A stretch of 64,000 nucleotides of DNA from Octopus sinensis. Taxonomy: Eukaryota. A program made the translations under genes and the position numbers. The DNA lies in the NCBI RefSeq assembly GCF_006345805.1, contig NC_043011.1, positions 46,822,464 through 46,886,463 on the forward strand. Reading direction: 5' to 3'. Below, piece by piece: positions 36,681-49,082 of this stretch; within the stretch, counting starts at the first letter, position 1; the number at the start of each line of letters is the position of its first letter. Under the pieces are notes generated by a model. It did not search any database and was not told where the DNA came from. It was given only the letters and a program-made list of their open reading frames with translations.

Positions 36681-36743
<63 letters not shown>

Positions 36744-37331
36744 GTTTCATTAGTTTGATAAAATTTACTTTTTGCCTGATAAACTACCTCCCTATAGCCA
36801 TAAAAACCATCTGGTGTTTACCTTTAGATACAGAAAGTGAATTTTAAAAACCATTAAGGAATTTTAATGCGGCCAAGGGACCAGAAAGCAGGGTGATGAT
36901 GGGGTGATAAATTAACCAAACTCTACGTTTTTATCTCTGTAACAAGCATGAAATTAAATACAAAAGTGGAATTCAAAAGAGTTGTAAATAGTATTTGAAA
37001 TGGAGGCAGAAATACCCTCCCTCTTGTACACATTCACACACATTCTTCTGAAGATACATTATCAGTCTTAAATTTGAATTTTATGAAGTGTTAATGTCTC
37101 ATTATTTGGCTATTGAATACAGTGTAATACCCTGATGTATTGTTATAGCTAGCTGGGCCAATAACCTATCAAACTGTCAGCCAGTCAAAGACGGTTGTTA
37201 GAGAGTAACACCGCTGACATTGTGATTGCATTGCACTGGTAGGTACCATGTTCAAGTGCAGTGCTTTGCTGCAGGTACTTGGAGTATAGCGTATTTCAGC
37301 ATTTTATTAAATTTGCTACTTCTACTACTGC

Positions 37332-37381
<50 letters not shown>

Positions 37382-37383
<2 letters not shown>

Positions 37384-37621
37384 CATCCTTTCTACTAAAG
37401 GTACAGGGCCTGAAATTTGTTGGGAGGGGATTAGTCGATAACATCGACCCCAGTGTTTCACTGGTACTTAATTTATCAACTCCAAAAGGATGAGAGGCAA
37501 AGTCAACTTCAGCAGAATTTGAACTCAGAACGTGAAGACAGACGAAATACTGCTAAGTATTTCACCCAGTGTGCTACTGATTCTGCCAGCTTGCTGCCTA
37601 CTACTACTACTACTACTAATG

Positions 37622-37653
<32 letters not shown>

Positions 37654-37864
37654 TTCTATTATAGGCACAAGGCCTGAAATTTGTGGGAAGGGGATGAAGT
37701 CAAGTGCATCAACCCCAATGTTTCACTGGTACTTTATTTATGGACCCTGAAAGGATAAAAGTCAAAGTTGACCATGGCAGAATTTGAACCCAGAATGTAG
37801 TGATGGGCAAAATACAGCTAAGCATTTCGTCCAGTGTGCTAATGATTCTGCCAGCTCACTGCCT

Positions 37865-37962
<98 letters not shown>

Positions 37963-38168
37963 TAATAATGGTTTCAAATTTTAGCTGAAGGCCAGAAAGT
38001 TCATGGGAGGGGGTTAAGTCAATTACATGACCCCCACTGCTCAACTGGTACTTATTTCATCTACCCCAAAAGGATGTAAGGCAAAGCCGATCTCGACAGA
38101 ATTTGAACTCAGAACATAAAGACAAACAAAATGCCACTAAGCGTTTTGCCCAGTGTGCTAACGGTTCT
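37382..38168 (-). mobile_element. Three co-oriented SINE B' copies separated by (TAC)n/(AAT)n
   Basis: Copies at about 37382-37600, 37655-37865 and 37968-38168. Confidence 0.87.
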
Positions 38169-38330
38169 AAGTTGTGCAGGAAGTATGGGCAAGAATGTCC
38201 CAACAAGTGGTATGAGCACCAGCCTTTGCCTGCAGCAGAGAATGAGCAGGTGAAATGCATATAGGATATGCCAGTCTACACAGGTAAGAAGCTGCAACAT
38301 AACCAACCAGATAATACTCTCCTACAGAAG
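38169..38330 (+). pseudogene. R4/Dong-like LINE restriction-like endonuclease fragment
   Basis: KLCRKYGQECPNKWYEHQPLPAAENEQVKCI*DMPVYTGKKLQHNQPDNTLLQK, resembling the KWYEH.P...EN....LWD..I.TD....NRPDI motif. Confidence 0.75.
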
Positions 38331-38690
38331 TCTCTTACACATAGCATATTGGAGAGATAATAGTGGATCAATGTAGTTACTGAGATATAGGGCTGATGAA
38401 AGGTAAGTTATTGTGATGTGGATGGTGTTATCAACATTGATGGTGGAGGTTGGGGTGAGAGATGGCAGATAAACAGTTATGAATGGGAAAGAAAGAGAAA
38501 TTGGAAAACAAGAGGTTATTGGAAAATGTGGAATTTGGTGAACTGAAATCGATGCTGGTGACTATTGGCAATTTTTCTACATGAAGAATCAAGTTGTTTG
38601 TCTGTTGAACAGTAAGTATTCCATGTAGAGAATCTACCAGTAGTTGCCAGAGTTGGTTTGGTTTTTGATAAGCAAATTAATGTGTGTGCA

Positions 38691-38740
<50 letters not shown>

Positions 38741-39152
38741 CTATCTGGGAATGTCCCATAGGCTTCCATGCAGTTTTTGTTTCCTAAATTCCAATAACAA
38801 TAACTTGACCCTTGACATGGTAAAGGAGACATTTCATCAAGGAGCAGAACAATGGAATGAAATGAAATAATCACAAGCCCAGTATTATACATAAGTAGTA
38901 GCAGTGGTGGTAGTAGTGGCAGTAGTCAGAATCATCTTAGCACCACTATAAGCACCCCGACCTCCAGAGCAAATCAATGCCCTGGAGCCTATAGTATTTA
39001 TTTATTAACAGCAGGCCACAGAATTGGGCCCCTAGACTCCATGAGTCCCTGAGCAACTGCCCAGTGTGCCCATGCCTTAAGACAACACTGATGGTAGTAG
39101 CAGTAGTAGCAGCAGCAGGTACAACATTACTAGAAGTTTCACAAGAGATAAG

Positions 39153-39445
39153 ATGTGAAGGTGCATGGCTCAGTGGTTAGAGCATTTGGCTCACAACTAC
39201 GAGGTAGTGAGTTCGATTCCCAGACTGGGTTATGTGTCGTGTTCTCGAGCAAGACATTTTTATTTTGCGTTACTCCAGTTCACTCACCTGTAGAAATGCG
39301 CTGTGATGATGTCACTGGTGCCAAACTGTCTCGGACTTTGCTTTCCCTTGGCGTGGAGAGGGGAAGCTGGTACACCTGGGCGATTTCTGGTCTTCCATAA
39401 ACTATCATATGGCCATTTATGATCGAAGTAGGGGTTTTACCCTTT
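39153..39445 (+). mobile_element. tRNA/CORE-type SINE variant
   Basis: gtgcatggctcagtggttagag, gagttcgattccc, gttctcgagcaagacattt..ctccagttcactcacctgtagaaatg; same variant as 51455-51790. Confidence 0.82.
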
Positions 39446-39782
39446 CTTTACAGGAGATAAAACTAAATTGTTCCCACCGAAAGCAAAGCTTCAAGAAGTA
39501 CACTGTTGATAAATTAGTTAAATTGTAATTTCTCTCACTAAAAATCACTGATGCAAGTGCAAAGAGGACAGTATGGTAGATGTTCAATAGTTTATAATGA
39601 CAAACAGATGGCTGGTTAGATAGCTGTATGGATGGCTGGATGAGTGGCTGGCTGGCTGGCTGGCTGATTGGTTGGCTAGATGACTACATCTAGCTGGTTG
39701 GTTAACAACAGCAACAAAACAGTTATACATTGAGATAAAGATAAACAGGTAGACATACAGGCATGCAAGTGTGTGTGTGTGT

Positions 39783-40017
39783 ATCTTATTTCTATATTGC
39801 CCACAAGGGGCTAAACATAGAGGGGACAAGCAAGGACAGACAAAGGGATTAAGTCGATTACAATGACTCCGGTACGTAACTGGTACTTAATTTATCAACC
39901 CCGAAAGGATGAAAGGCAAAGTTGACCTCAACGGAATTTGAACTCAACGAAAAGACAGACGAAATACCGCTAAGCATTTTGCCCGGTGTGCTAATGATTC
40001 TGCCAGCTCACCACCTT
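39783..40017 (-). mobile_element. SINE family B
   Basis: Full family motifs. Confidence 0.9.
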
Positions 40018-40603
40018 TATGCAAGTGTGTGTGTATCTAGTTGCATGTGTATATGTGCACACACACACATATGCGTGTATATATATATATATATATATAT
40101 TAAGAATTTGGGTATTATACCAACAGTATATTGGATAAATATTATCCCTTAGTGGGTTGGATCCATAACCCCTAATTTACTTGGTGTTATATACATACAT
40201 ATATATATATATATATACAAACACACACACATGCATACAGATACAGCGCTTATACACACACAGCACTTCATACATGCGTATGAAGTTGTAAAAGTAGTTT
40301 GTTGAATGGTCTGTGTAGAAATGAATATCGATTCCATTGAATCAATTTTGTATTGAAACAAAACATAATCTATCTTAAGACACACACATACACAAGCAAG
40401 AACTTATAGATGTTTACATAGTCCCAAACTGCGTACATACATACATACATACATACAAAACATCATGCACTCATGATTCCATATGCATACATATATCCAC
40501 ACAGACAAACATATGTATGCATGCGTACTTAGAGCCTTGCGTACATATATGTGCACTCACCACACAGACAGATGTATATCAATATAGATAAATATCAAAT
40601 TGA

Positions 40604-40604
<1 letters not shown>

Positions 40605-40685
<81 letters not shown>

Positions 40686-40712
40686 ATAGTAGTAGTAGTA
40701 GTATCAGCAGCA
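40605..40712. repeat. (CAG)n(TAG)n microsatellite
   Basis: Direct reading. Confidence 0.95.
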
Positions 40713-41369
40713 GTAGTTATAAGATGAGGCAGATGAGTGATTTAACAATTGTGGTTTGCTGACTCCTCTAAGTTCAGTTCTGATCATTTTTCATTCACTT
40801 TACTAATTTTATGTATATCACAAAGTATGATGTAATAATTTTCAATATTTCAGAAAGATCAATGATCGGATCATAGGGAAATACCGCCAATCCACAAAAG
40901 ATTACACTTTAATCTTTACTGAGAGGAAACCAGTCATTTAGATGCTGTTGTTGCTGTTGCTTAGCTCTGTGATTCACAAGATTTATGATCAAAGTTATTC
41001 TAATCTCAAACTTCCAGTCTTTTTTTCATTTCAGACATAGAATATGTTCGACTACAATATCTAACATACCCTTCGATCTTTTAAGCCATTGCAATAAGAT
41101 TTGGTTGCTTTTTCCAGTGTGTTGATTGACATCAAAAAGTCTCCAACATTATTTTGTAATGGGCGGAAATCTTTAGTTTGTTTGTGGAGTTTGTATATTA
41201 ATGTCTAAAGTAAAAACCAGATTTACTTTACATTACAGCGAAGAGCTGCATATGCAAATATTGGTATTTTTGTCTTATTGGGGTGGTGAGGAAGCTTCTT
41301 TCTCATTTGATTACCATATAAATATATCTAGTGCAGCATGTTGGCCTTTAAAGATTCTACATAAGGCTG

Positions 41370-41470
41370 CTATCTTTGGCTTGGTTTCTACGGTTGGATG
41401 CCCTTCCTAACGGCAACCACTTTACAGAGTCTTTTGGGTGCTTTTTTTGTGCTTCTGGCACCAGAGAGGT
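41370..41470 (-). mobile_element. RTE 3'-end internal fragment
   Basis: ggtttctacggttggatgcccttcctaacggcaaccactttacagagt. Confidence 0.7.
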
Positions 41471-41608
41471 TCTATGTAAGTTTTAAGATCAAATATATAT
41501 ATATATACAAACATATATATATGCAAACATATATATATAAATATATAAATATATATATATACAAAATATATATATATATAACAAATATATATATATTATA
41601 CAAATATA

Positions 41609-41650
<42 letters not shown>

Positions 41651-41794
41651 CACACACAAATATATATATATGCGTCAGTATATACTAATATATATTAATC
41701 TGCGTCTGCGTAGTGGTCTGAAAAGTTAGAATATACAGGCAGTTAGTTTTACATGTGGATCTGGCTGTGTTGTGTATTTGAAATCAAAAATCTG

Positions 41795-41863
41795 TCCCAC
41801 TGATGAAACTGGCCTTCAGCAAATATTTTTTTGCTAGAAATAGTTAGAAACCATGGTCTGGGA
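41795..41863 (+). ncRNA. Type I hammerhead ribozyme with canonical core, in a putative Penelope-like pLTR (about 41695-41995)
   Basis: Stem I tccca/tggga, CTGATGA (41800-06), stem II aact/agtt with inner agcaaa/tttgct, GAAA (41847-50), palindromic accatggt, GUC at 41856-58. Confidence 0.78.
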
Positions 41864-42024
41864 AATAATTAAGATCGTAAACGTTTTTAATTTTCATTCC
41901 TTTCGAAAATTAATCCTTATTTGGTGGTTTTGAGCTTTCTACTCCTCTTTCTTGCACAAGGTTTTCCTATTTAGAAGCCTCTTATTGTATTTCTATATAC
42001 AAATATATATATCTACAAACACAT

Positions 42025-42058
<34 letters not shown>

Positions 42059-42095
42059 CAAACATATATATATACAAATATATATATATAATACA

Positions 42096-42129
<34 letters not shown>

Positions 42130-42679
42130 AGTATATAATGACACTATGATTAGATATGTATTGTTGTTGTTTAGTTACATGTCAGCACAGATGTAGTTAA
42201 TACATATGTCAAGGTATTCGTCCATGACCAAGGCTGTATTATATAAGGTGTTCTTTCATTATTTAATAAGGCATTGGTGTATCTCTGGCAACAAATTTGC
42301 AGTCTAGTGCAAATATATTGGAGTTTGTAGTAGAAGTGGAATACATGCAGAGACTGTATCCCAGTATGTCCTACATGACACACAGAGTCAGTAAACTACT
42401 TGTGAATGCGTACGTAACTGGAAGGACAAATCTGTATTTACTTTAGTAAGTACGTATATATATCGGTAGACATTGTCGGTACACAGGTGCGCTATCCCTG
42501 ACTGTACCTTGGTGCTTTTGCTATTTAAATATCTGATTCTTTTGAATTCTGAAAATTTATAAACACACACACACATACACATTCATGTATATATCCTGCG
42601 ATATTTCTCAGCAAGGCAGTGGGGACACTGCACGAATATGCTATTGAGAGAAAGGTCCTGAAACAGCACACATTCTCTC

Positions 42680-43315
42680 CTTATTCCTTTATTGCCCACA
42701 AGGGGCTAAACATAGAGAGGGCAAACAAGGACAGACAAAGGGATTAAGTTGATTACATCGACCCCAATGTGTAACTGGTACTTAATTTATCAACCCCGAA
42801 AGGATGAAAGGCAAAGTCAACCTCGGCAGAATTTGAACTCCGAACATAATGGCAAACGAAATACCTATTTCTTTACTACCCACAAGGGGCTAAACACAGC
42901 GGAGACAAACAAGGACAGACAAACGGATTAAGTCGATTACATCGACCCCAGTGCGTAACTGGTACTTAATTTATTGACCCTGAAAGGATGAAAGGCATAG
43001 TCGACCTCGGCAGAATTGAACCCAGAACATAGCGACAGACAAAATACCGCTAAGCATTTCGCCCAGCGTGCTGACGATTCTGCCAGCTCACTACCTTGTA
43101 AGCATTTTGTCTGGCACAAGACCAGAAATTTTGGAGGAGGGGGCCAGGTTGATTAGATCGATTCCAGTACGCAACTGGTACTTAATTTATTGACCCCGAA
43201 AGAATGAAAGGCAAAATCAACCTCGGCAGAATTTGATCTTAGAACATAACAACAGACTAAATTCCACTAAGCATTTTGCCTGGCATGTTAAAGTTTCTGC
43301 CAGCTCGCTGCCTTT
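42680..43315 (-). mobile_element. Three tandem SINEs (B partial, B full, B')
   Basis: Repeated family motifs at about 42680-42865, 42866-43097 and 43100-43315. Confidence 0.88.
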
Positions 43316-43407
43316 CTCTTCTGATGACCCTGTAAGCCTACTAGTGTCTGGTAAGTGAAGCTTTCAACTGGTAGCACTTGTATCTGCAAGTTGTCAGCAA
43401 ATAATAT

Positions 43408-43590
43408 ATCCTGTGATATTTCCTATATTATCATATTGCATGCTTATGTCCTGTAATATTTCCAGTGTTATCAAATCACATATGTTTATATCCTGTATGG
43501 TATTTCCTATCATATCAAATCACATGTGATACATCTCTTGATATTAAATCATGTGTTCATATCATGCGTGATATTTCCTATGATGTGAAA
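43408..43590. repeat. Degenerate tandem repeat of about 40 bp
   Basis: Recurrent atatcctg..atatttcc..tatcaaatcacat. Confidence 0.5.
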
Positions 43591-44466
43591 TTGTTTGTAG
43601 ATGATGGAAACTTAAAGTATTGCTAATTATTCAGTTAATGTCCTCATCACATCATGGTTATTTATTTATTCACTTTCCGCATAAATATTTCGTTCTTGAA
43701 ATAGCAACTCTTTCCCATTACCACACCCTAACAACCCTCCTGTCTTTGACTCTATAACAGGAATATCTAGAAGACATTTCAGATTGTTTGACAAATTTTA
43801 ATGCCTGAGTGATATTGTTGCTGTGATTTACTTCCAAAGTAAACCTGATCAGTACCAGATCAAATGTCCCAGACACAACTTCTTCATATCGGTTTACAAG
43901 CTCACCAAACATATGCTACCTTAACGCAATGTGTCCTTTGCTCAGGGAAATTTAATAATGCTGTAAAAAAATGGAAAAAGAGGCTTTCTTTTCATTTCTT
44001 AACACCATGGTGTCTTGCTGTTATTTCTAGCATGCTGCTTTTTCTATCTAACATAATGTTTCCCAATCTATTCCCCACCAGGTACCACTACAACTTTTCA
44101 GAAAAATGCATGCCCCACTGATGGTTGGTAAAAAACAATCTTATTTTTAATATTTTATCACGATTATTTACTACAAAAGACTCTACCAGTAATTATTTTA
44201 TTAAGTACTGAGTACAAAAAAAGTACATTGTTGAGTAAGGAAAAAAAATGGAATCTCATTAACGAGAACCTTGTGAGTAGTAACTATGGCACCATGCCCA
44301 ACCATGGCCCTGCACTTAGAGTAACTGATCTAATCTTTTCTTTTAAATACAAACATCTCTTAAGTTATGGAACCATGGTATTTCTGAAAAAAATCTTGCT
44401 GTAACATGGAATTCCATATGAAATGCATTTTCTATTGACTTCCATAGAAACAGAAATAAGTACAAC

Positions 44467-44828
44467 ACAAGAGCATTCAGAGAGTTCAAACCTCTGCCAA
44501 GGCAACACCAATGTCCTTGCAACAATTAGCTGGGGAGGATTTTTAAAATATGAATATCTGAAATAAACTCAACTGCTCTCACAAACGAGAATGCTAATAA
44601 TGAACCCAACTGCTCTCAAAAATTAAGTAAAAAAAACGGGAAAAATAATCCAGAATCCTTGCCTGGTATTGTATCGATCCCAAAATCTAATCAGTTCACA
44701 CTAGTCATGAGGCCAAACATCTCTGAAAGTTTCATCTGTATCCATCTAGCGATTCTTGAGATATCTTGTCCACGGACAAAGAAACAAGATTGAAAACAAT
44801 ACCTCTACCTTCGCTAAGGCAGAGGTAA
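44467..44828 (+). mobile_element. Helentron/DINE-1-like non-autonomous element (putative)
   Basis: 3' stem-loop tacctctaccttcgctaaggcagaggta; 5' aacctctgccaaggc echoes it; no ORF. Confidence 0.5.
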
Positions 44829-44904
44829 TAAGGCAAGATTTTTCGGGACTGAAACTTTTCATAACATTTTCAAAATACAGAGATGAATGCATGTATGCAG
44901 GCAT

Positions 44905-44937
<33 letters not shown>

Positions 44938-45004
44938 GGCAAGTGAAAATGGACAAAATCAAAAGCAAACTCGATGAACATTAATGGAATTTGTAGTTTT
45001 GTGG

Positions 45005-45335
45005 TACCAGTGCCGGTGGCACATACGAAAACCATCCGAACGTGGCCGTAGCCAGTACCGCATTGACTGGCCTCCGTGCCGGTGGCACGTAAAAAACACC
45101 ATCCGAGCGTGGCCGTTCGCCAGCCTCGTCTGGCACCTGTGTCGGTGGCACATAAAATCACCCACTACACTCTCGGAGTGGTTGGCGTTAGGAAGGGCAT
45201 CCAGCTGTAGAAACACTGCCAGATCTGACTGGCCTGGTGCAGCCTTCGGGCTTCCCAGACCCCAGTTGAACCGTCCAACCCATGCTAGCATGGAAAGCGG
45301 ACGTTAAACGATGATGATGATGATGATGATGATGA
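45005..45335 (+). mobile_element. Young RTE 3'-end copy
   Basis: Three gtgccggtggcac-type units, intact CpGs, ggacgttaaac(gat)n. Confidence 0.92.
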
Positions 45336-45336
45336 T

Positions 45337-45595
45337 TATTCTGTCTCTTTGTCATCCTCTGACATGAGTTCCCACTTCAAACACCCCTGCCCCTCTCATA
45401 ATTCCTTGTCTTGCAAGTTACTTGGTGACTCTACCAGTGTTGGTGCCACATAAAATGCATTTGGAAGAGCATCCAGCTGTAAAAACCATACCAAAGTTAA
45501 CCTAAGCCACTTAAAAAGCACTAAGTCCATTCTTTAGAGTGATTGATGTAAGGAAGGGCATCCAACCTTAAAATACTGCCAAAACAGACACAGTG
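45337..45595 (+). mobile_element. Older RTE-tail-related composite remnant
   Basis: ttgtcttgcaagttacttggtgac..gtgccacataaaa..aggaagggcatccaacc. Confidence 0.6.
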
Positions 45596-45889
45596 TTTTG
45601 ATATGGGGAAACTCCACTGAAACTGCTCTGCGAATGCCTAGCCAGCAAGGGGAAGTTGGTGACTTCCCTTGTTCGAAGGTTTATGGATGCAGATTTGTGC
45701 ATCATATGGCTAGCTAGAGGCAATCGCCTCTTGAAGCTAACCAAAAGCTACATTCGTCCTATTTCTCTGGACTGCCACGTTAGTCTGGCAATAAATATTA
45801 ATACCCAGTACTGCTGCTGTATCTCTCCTTCAGAGAGGTTTAGAAATTATAACATTTCTATATATATATATAGTGATAATTTACAAAAA

Positions 45890-46080
45890 AACAAAAGACG
45901 AAGACGGGTGTGTAAAGAACAAACAGATGTGTTAGTTTAACACTTGGGAAGTGAGAAAGTCTTTTACATTTCGAGCCTATGCTATTCAACAAAAAGGAAC
46001 ATAGAAATAAACAGGGACAGAAAATAGAAAAAATAGAAATAGAAAAAGATATAGTGGCTAGTGATCTATCATGGCGAAAA
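45890..46080. mobile_element. Penelope-like pLTR fragment with eroded hammerhead-like motif (minus, 45961-45997)
   Basis: Reverse complement cttttt gttgaa tagc atag gctc gaaat gta aaag; related to 9922 and 53030. Confidence 0.4.
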
Positions 46081-46216
46081 GACAGTTATAGCTGGTCTCT
46101 GGGGGTTAGCCTGGATTTCACGTCCATAAAGTGCTTAGCCTTGCTTTACAGAGTTTCTTAGGACCCTGAAGAAACACCGTAAAGCTCAACCCTTTATGGA
46201 CATGAAACCCATAGAC

Positions 46217-46417
46217 CAGTGGTTTTCAACCAGGGTTCTGCCAGTACAGTCCAGGGGTTCCGCAAGAAGTTATAAAAATGGTAAAATCAACAGTAATTTT
46301 TAATTCTCCTGTGCAGATATGTGTGTATAAGACAATTAAATTGTTGCACAGGGGTTCCTCAAGCCAGTGGAATGTTTCCTTGGGGTTCCGCTTCAGCAAA
46401 AAGTTTGAAAAGCACTG
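46217..46417. mobile_element. hAT-family MITE
   Basis: TIRs cagtggttttcaacc / agtttgaaaagcactg; atagac duplicated on both flanks (partial TSD). Confidence 0.8.
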
Positions 46418-46829
46418 ATAGACCAACCATAATTATATATAATTATTGCTCTATAACTTAGAGTGTGCTGCTCTTTTGGATTTATGATTTACTGATGACA
46501 TATATGTGTGTGTGTGTGTATCAAATGTCGTATAAATCTGTTAGTCTTTTTAATACAGAACATGTTTACACGCTGACATACATATCAGACATAATTTATG
46601 TACATAAGAGTTTGTTGAAAAATACCTCCTAAGTGTATGGTCTGAATGTTTAGCTATACATAATCCATTATGTTTGCATAAATATATAGATTTGGATAAA
46701 TGTGTTGAATGTCTAAATGTATATAGAGTTCGTAAATGTACAATTTAATCAATACAGGAATAACAAATATTTAAATGCCACACCCAAAATTAATCTTCTA
46801 ATATTTGATATGAAATGTGTGTGTATATG

Positions 46830-47050
46830 TGTGCATGCATGCGTGTATGTATGTGCACTTGTGTGAGCATGTGCATTTGTGCATGCATATGCTTGTGTAT
46901 GTGACTGTGTAACTACATATATATATACATTCAAGCATGTGCAAAGATGCTTATATACTTATGCATTCTTTCATATATATACATGTGCATGTGTATATAT
47001 ACATATATATACACATCATATACAAACACATAAACATATACAGAAATATG

Positions 47051-47082
<32 letters not shown>

Positions 47083-47420
47083 CATCTACACACATACATG
47101 CATACATATATATGTACACGCACATGTATATACATATATACATGCACACATACACTTATATATACACATATATATATATCTATACATACATATGTATCTA
47201 TCTATCTATATATATATGCAGACATATACATACATACGTATATATATACACAAACATATATACACTCACACACACATGTATATCATATATATACACACAC
47301 ATATACATACATATCGTATACACAAAGACACACACACATATACATACATATATGCACACAGACATGCACACACATGCACATACACACACGCACACACAAA
47401 CATACAATCTGTGTACATAC
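46830..47420. repeat. CA/TA mosaic low-complexity tract
   Basis: Direct reading. Confidence 0.92.
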
Positions 47421-47744
47421 TTCCTTAACACTGACTATGTCAATATGAAATATATAAAATATAGACACATAGATTCGTCAACTTATCATATTCTAATCTA
47501 CACCGACAATGGAAAGATATCTTCTTGTTGAACAAGCTTTCATTAAACAAATTTTTCTAATTACATTGTCCACAGTTGTATTCTCAACTAATGACAATTC
47601 AAATATATAGTTAGCGGGAACCTGTTGCCAGCCAGTCAAACTGATTATTGTAACTGTGTGAGTTGTATAGCTTTTTTCTATCACAGAAACTTCACACAGT
47701 TGTTCCGATGTATTGTGTATCCATAAGCTATTCTCATATATTGG

Positions 47745-48270
47745 TTTCTACTTTTGGCACAAGGCCAGCAAATTTAAAGGAGTGGGTAAATCAGTTACAT
47801 TGACCCTAGTCTTCAACTGGTACTTATTTGACTGACCCTGAAAGAATGAGAAACAAAGTCAAACTTGGAAGAATTTGAAGCCAGAACACAAAGGCAGACG
47901 AAATGTTGCTAAGCACCTTGTCTGGTTTGCTAACAATTCTGCCAGCTCACCTCCTTACAAGTACCAGTTATACACTGGGGCTGACGTAATTGACCTATCC
48001 CCTCCACTGAACTTGCTAGCCTTGTAGCGAAATTTAGAACCTATACATGTATTATCATGTATAGGTTTTAAATTTCGCTACAAGGCTAGCAAGTTCAGTG
48101 AAGGAGATAGGTCAATTACATCAACCCCAGTGTACAACTGGTACTTATTTATCGACCCTGAAAAGGATGAAAGGCAAAGTTGACCTCAGCAGAATTTGAA
48201 CACATAATATAAAGTCACTAAGAATTTTTTCCAGTGTATAAACAATTTTGCCAGCTCACCATCTTACAAA
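47745..48270. mobile_element. SINE B' cluster with central fold-back (minus 47745-47955; plus fragment 47959-48040; minus 48065-48268)
   Basis: 47959-48049 versus 48056-48146 inverted, about 6 mismatches, loop tattat. Confidence 0.87.
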
Positions 48271-48374
48271 CTGTGTTATCATATATTGAGATATATAAAC
48301 AGACAGGTAAACTAACTGGATTAACCATTGGTTTTTCAATGGACTTCTATCTTAACACATAGATACACATATAC

Positions 48375-48845
48375 ATCATCATCATAGTTTACTGTCCATT
48401 TTCTGTGCATGTATGTGTAGGACAGTTGACAGGAACCAGCCAGGTAGAAGACTGCCCCAGGCTATTGTGTCTGTTTTGGCAGGATTTTTATGGCTGGATG
48501 CCCTTCATGACATCAACCACTCTGCAGAGTAGACTCAGCTTTTTACATAGCACTAGCACAAGCAATGTTAGTTTTGGCATGATTTTTACATCTGGATGCC
48601 CTTCCAAATGCTAACCACTTTACAGTGTAGACTGTATGCTTTTTACATGACACCAGCACTGGCAGAGTCACCAAGTAACTCACAAGACAAGAAATATTAA
48701 GAGAGGTGGGGGCATTTGAAGAGGGGATCTTGTGTCAGGTGATGAACGGTTAGAATGTAAGAGAGAGAGAGAGAGAGATGGAGAAGCAGAAACAGGTTAT
48801 TTTGCTATAGAGGAAGTACATGGTTACCCAGTAAGAGAGGTTATG
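48375..48845 (-). mobile_element. RTE-tail composite remnant with internal duplication
   Basis: ggatgcccttc..aaccact appears twice; module caccaagtaactcacaagacaag. Confidence 0.65.
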
Positions 48846-48937
48846 GGGACATAAACACACCAACACTCTTTGTCCAGCAGTGAACCAGGGACTAACACAG
48901 ACACAAAGACACACACACCTAGATATATACATATGCA

Positions 48938-49078
48938 TGGCGTTAGGAAGGGCATCCAGCTGTAGAAACATTGCCAGATAATACCGGAGCCTGGTGCAGC
49001 CTTCTGGCTTCCCAGATCCCTGGTCAAACCGTCCAACCCATGCTAGCATGGAGAACGGACGTTAAACGATGATGATGT
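48938..49078 (+). mobile_element. RTE 3'-end copy
   Basis: ggcgttaggaagggcatccagctgtagaaac..aacccatgctagcatggagaacggacgttaaacgatgatgatg. Confidence 0.9.
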
Positions 49079-49082
49079 ACAA

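Noticed and set aside
37215-37264. tgacattgtgattgcattgca resembles miR-33 and is followed by a 10-bp stem
   Set aside because: The seed differs (GACATTG, not TGCATTG) and the 5' half of the putative mature sequence has no pairing partner, so no pre-miRNA hairpin forms
43718-43912. 64-aa minus-strand ORF in unique sequence
   Set aside because: No motif and no convincing exon boundaries
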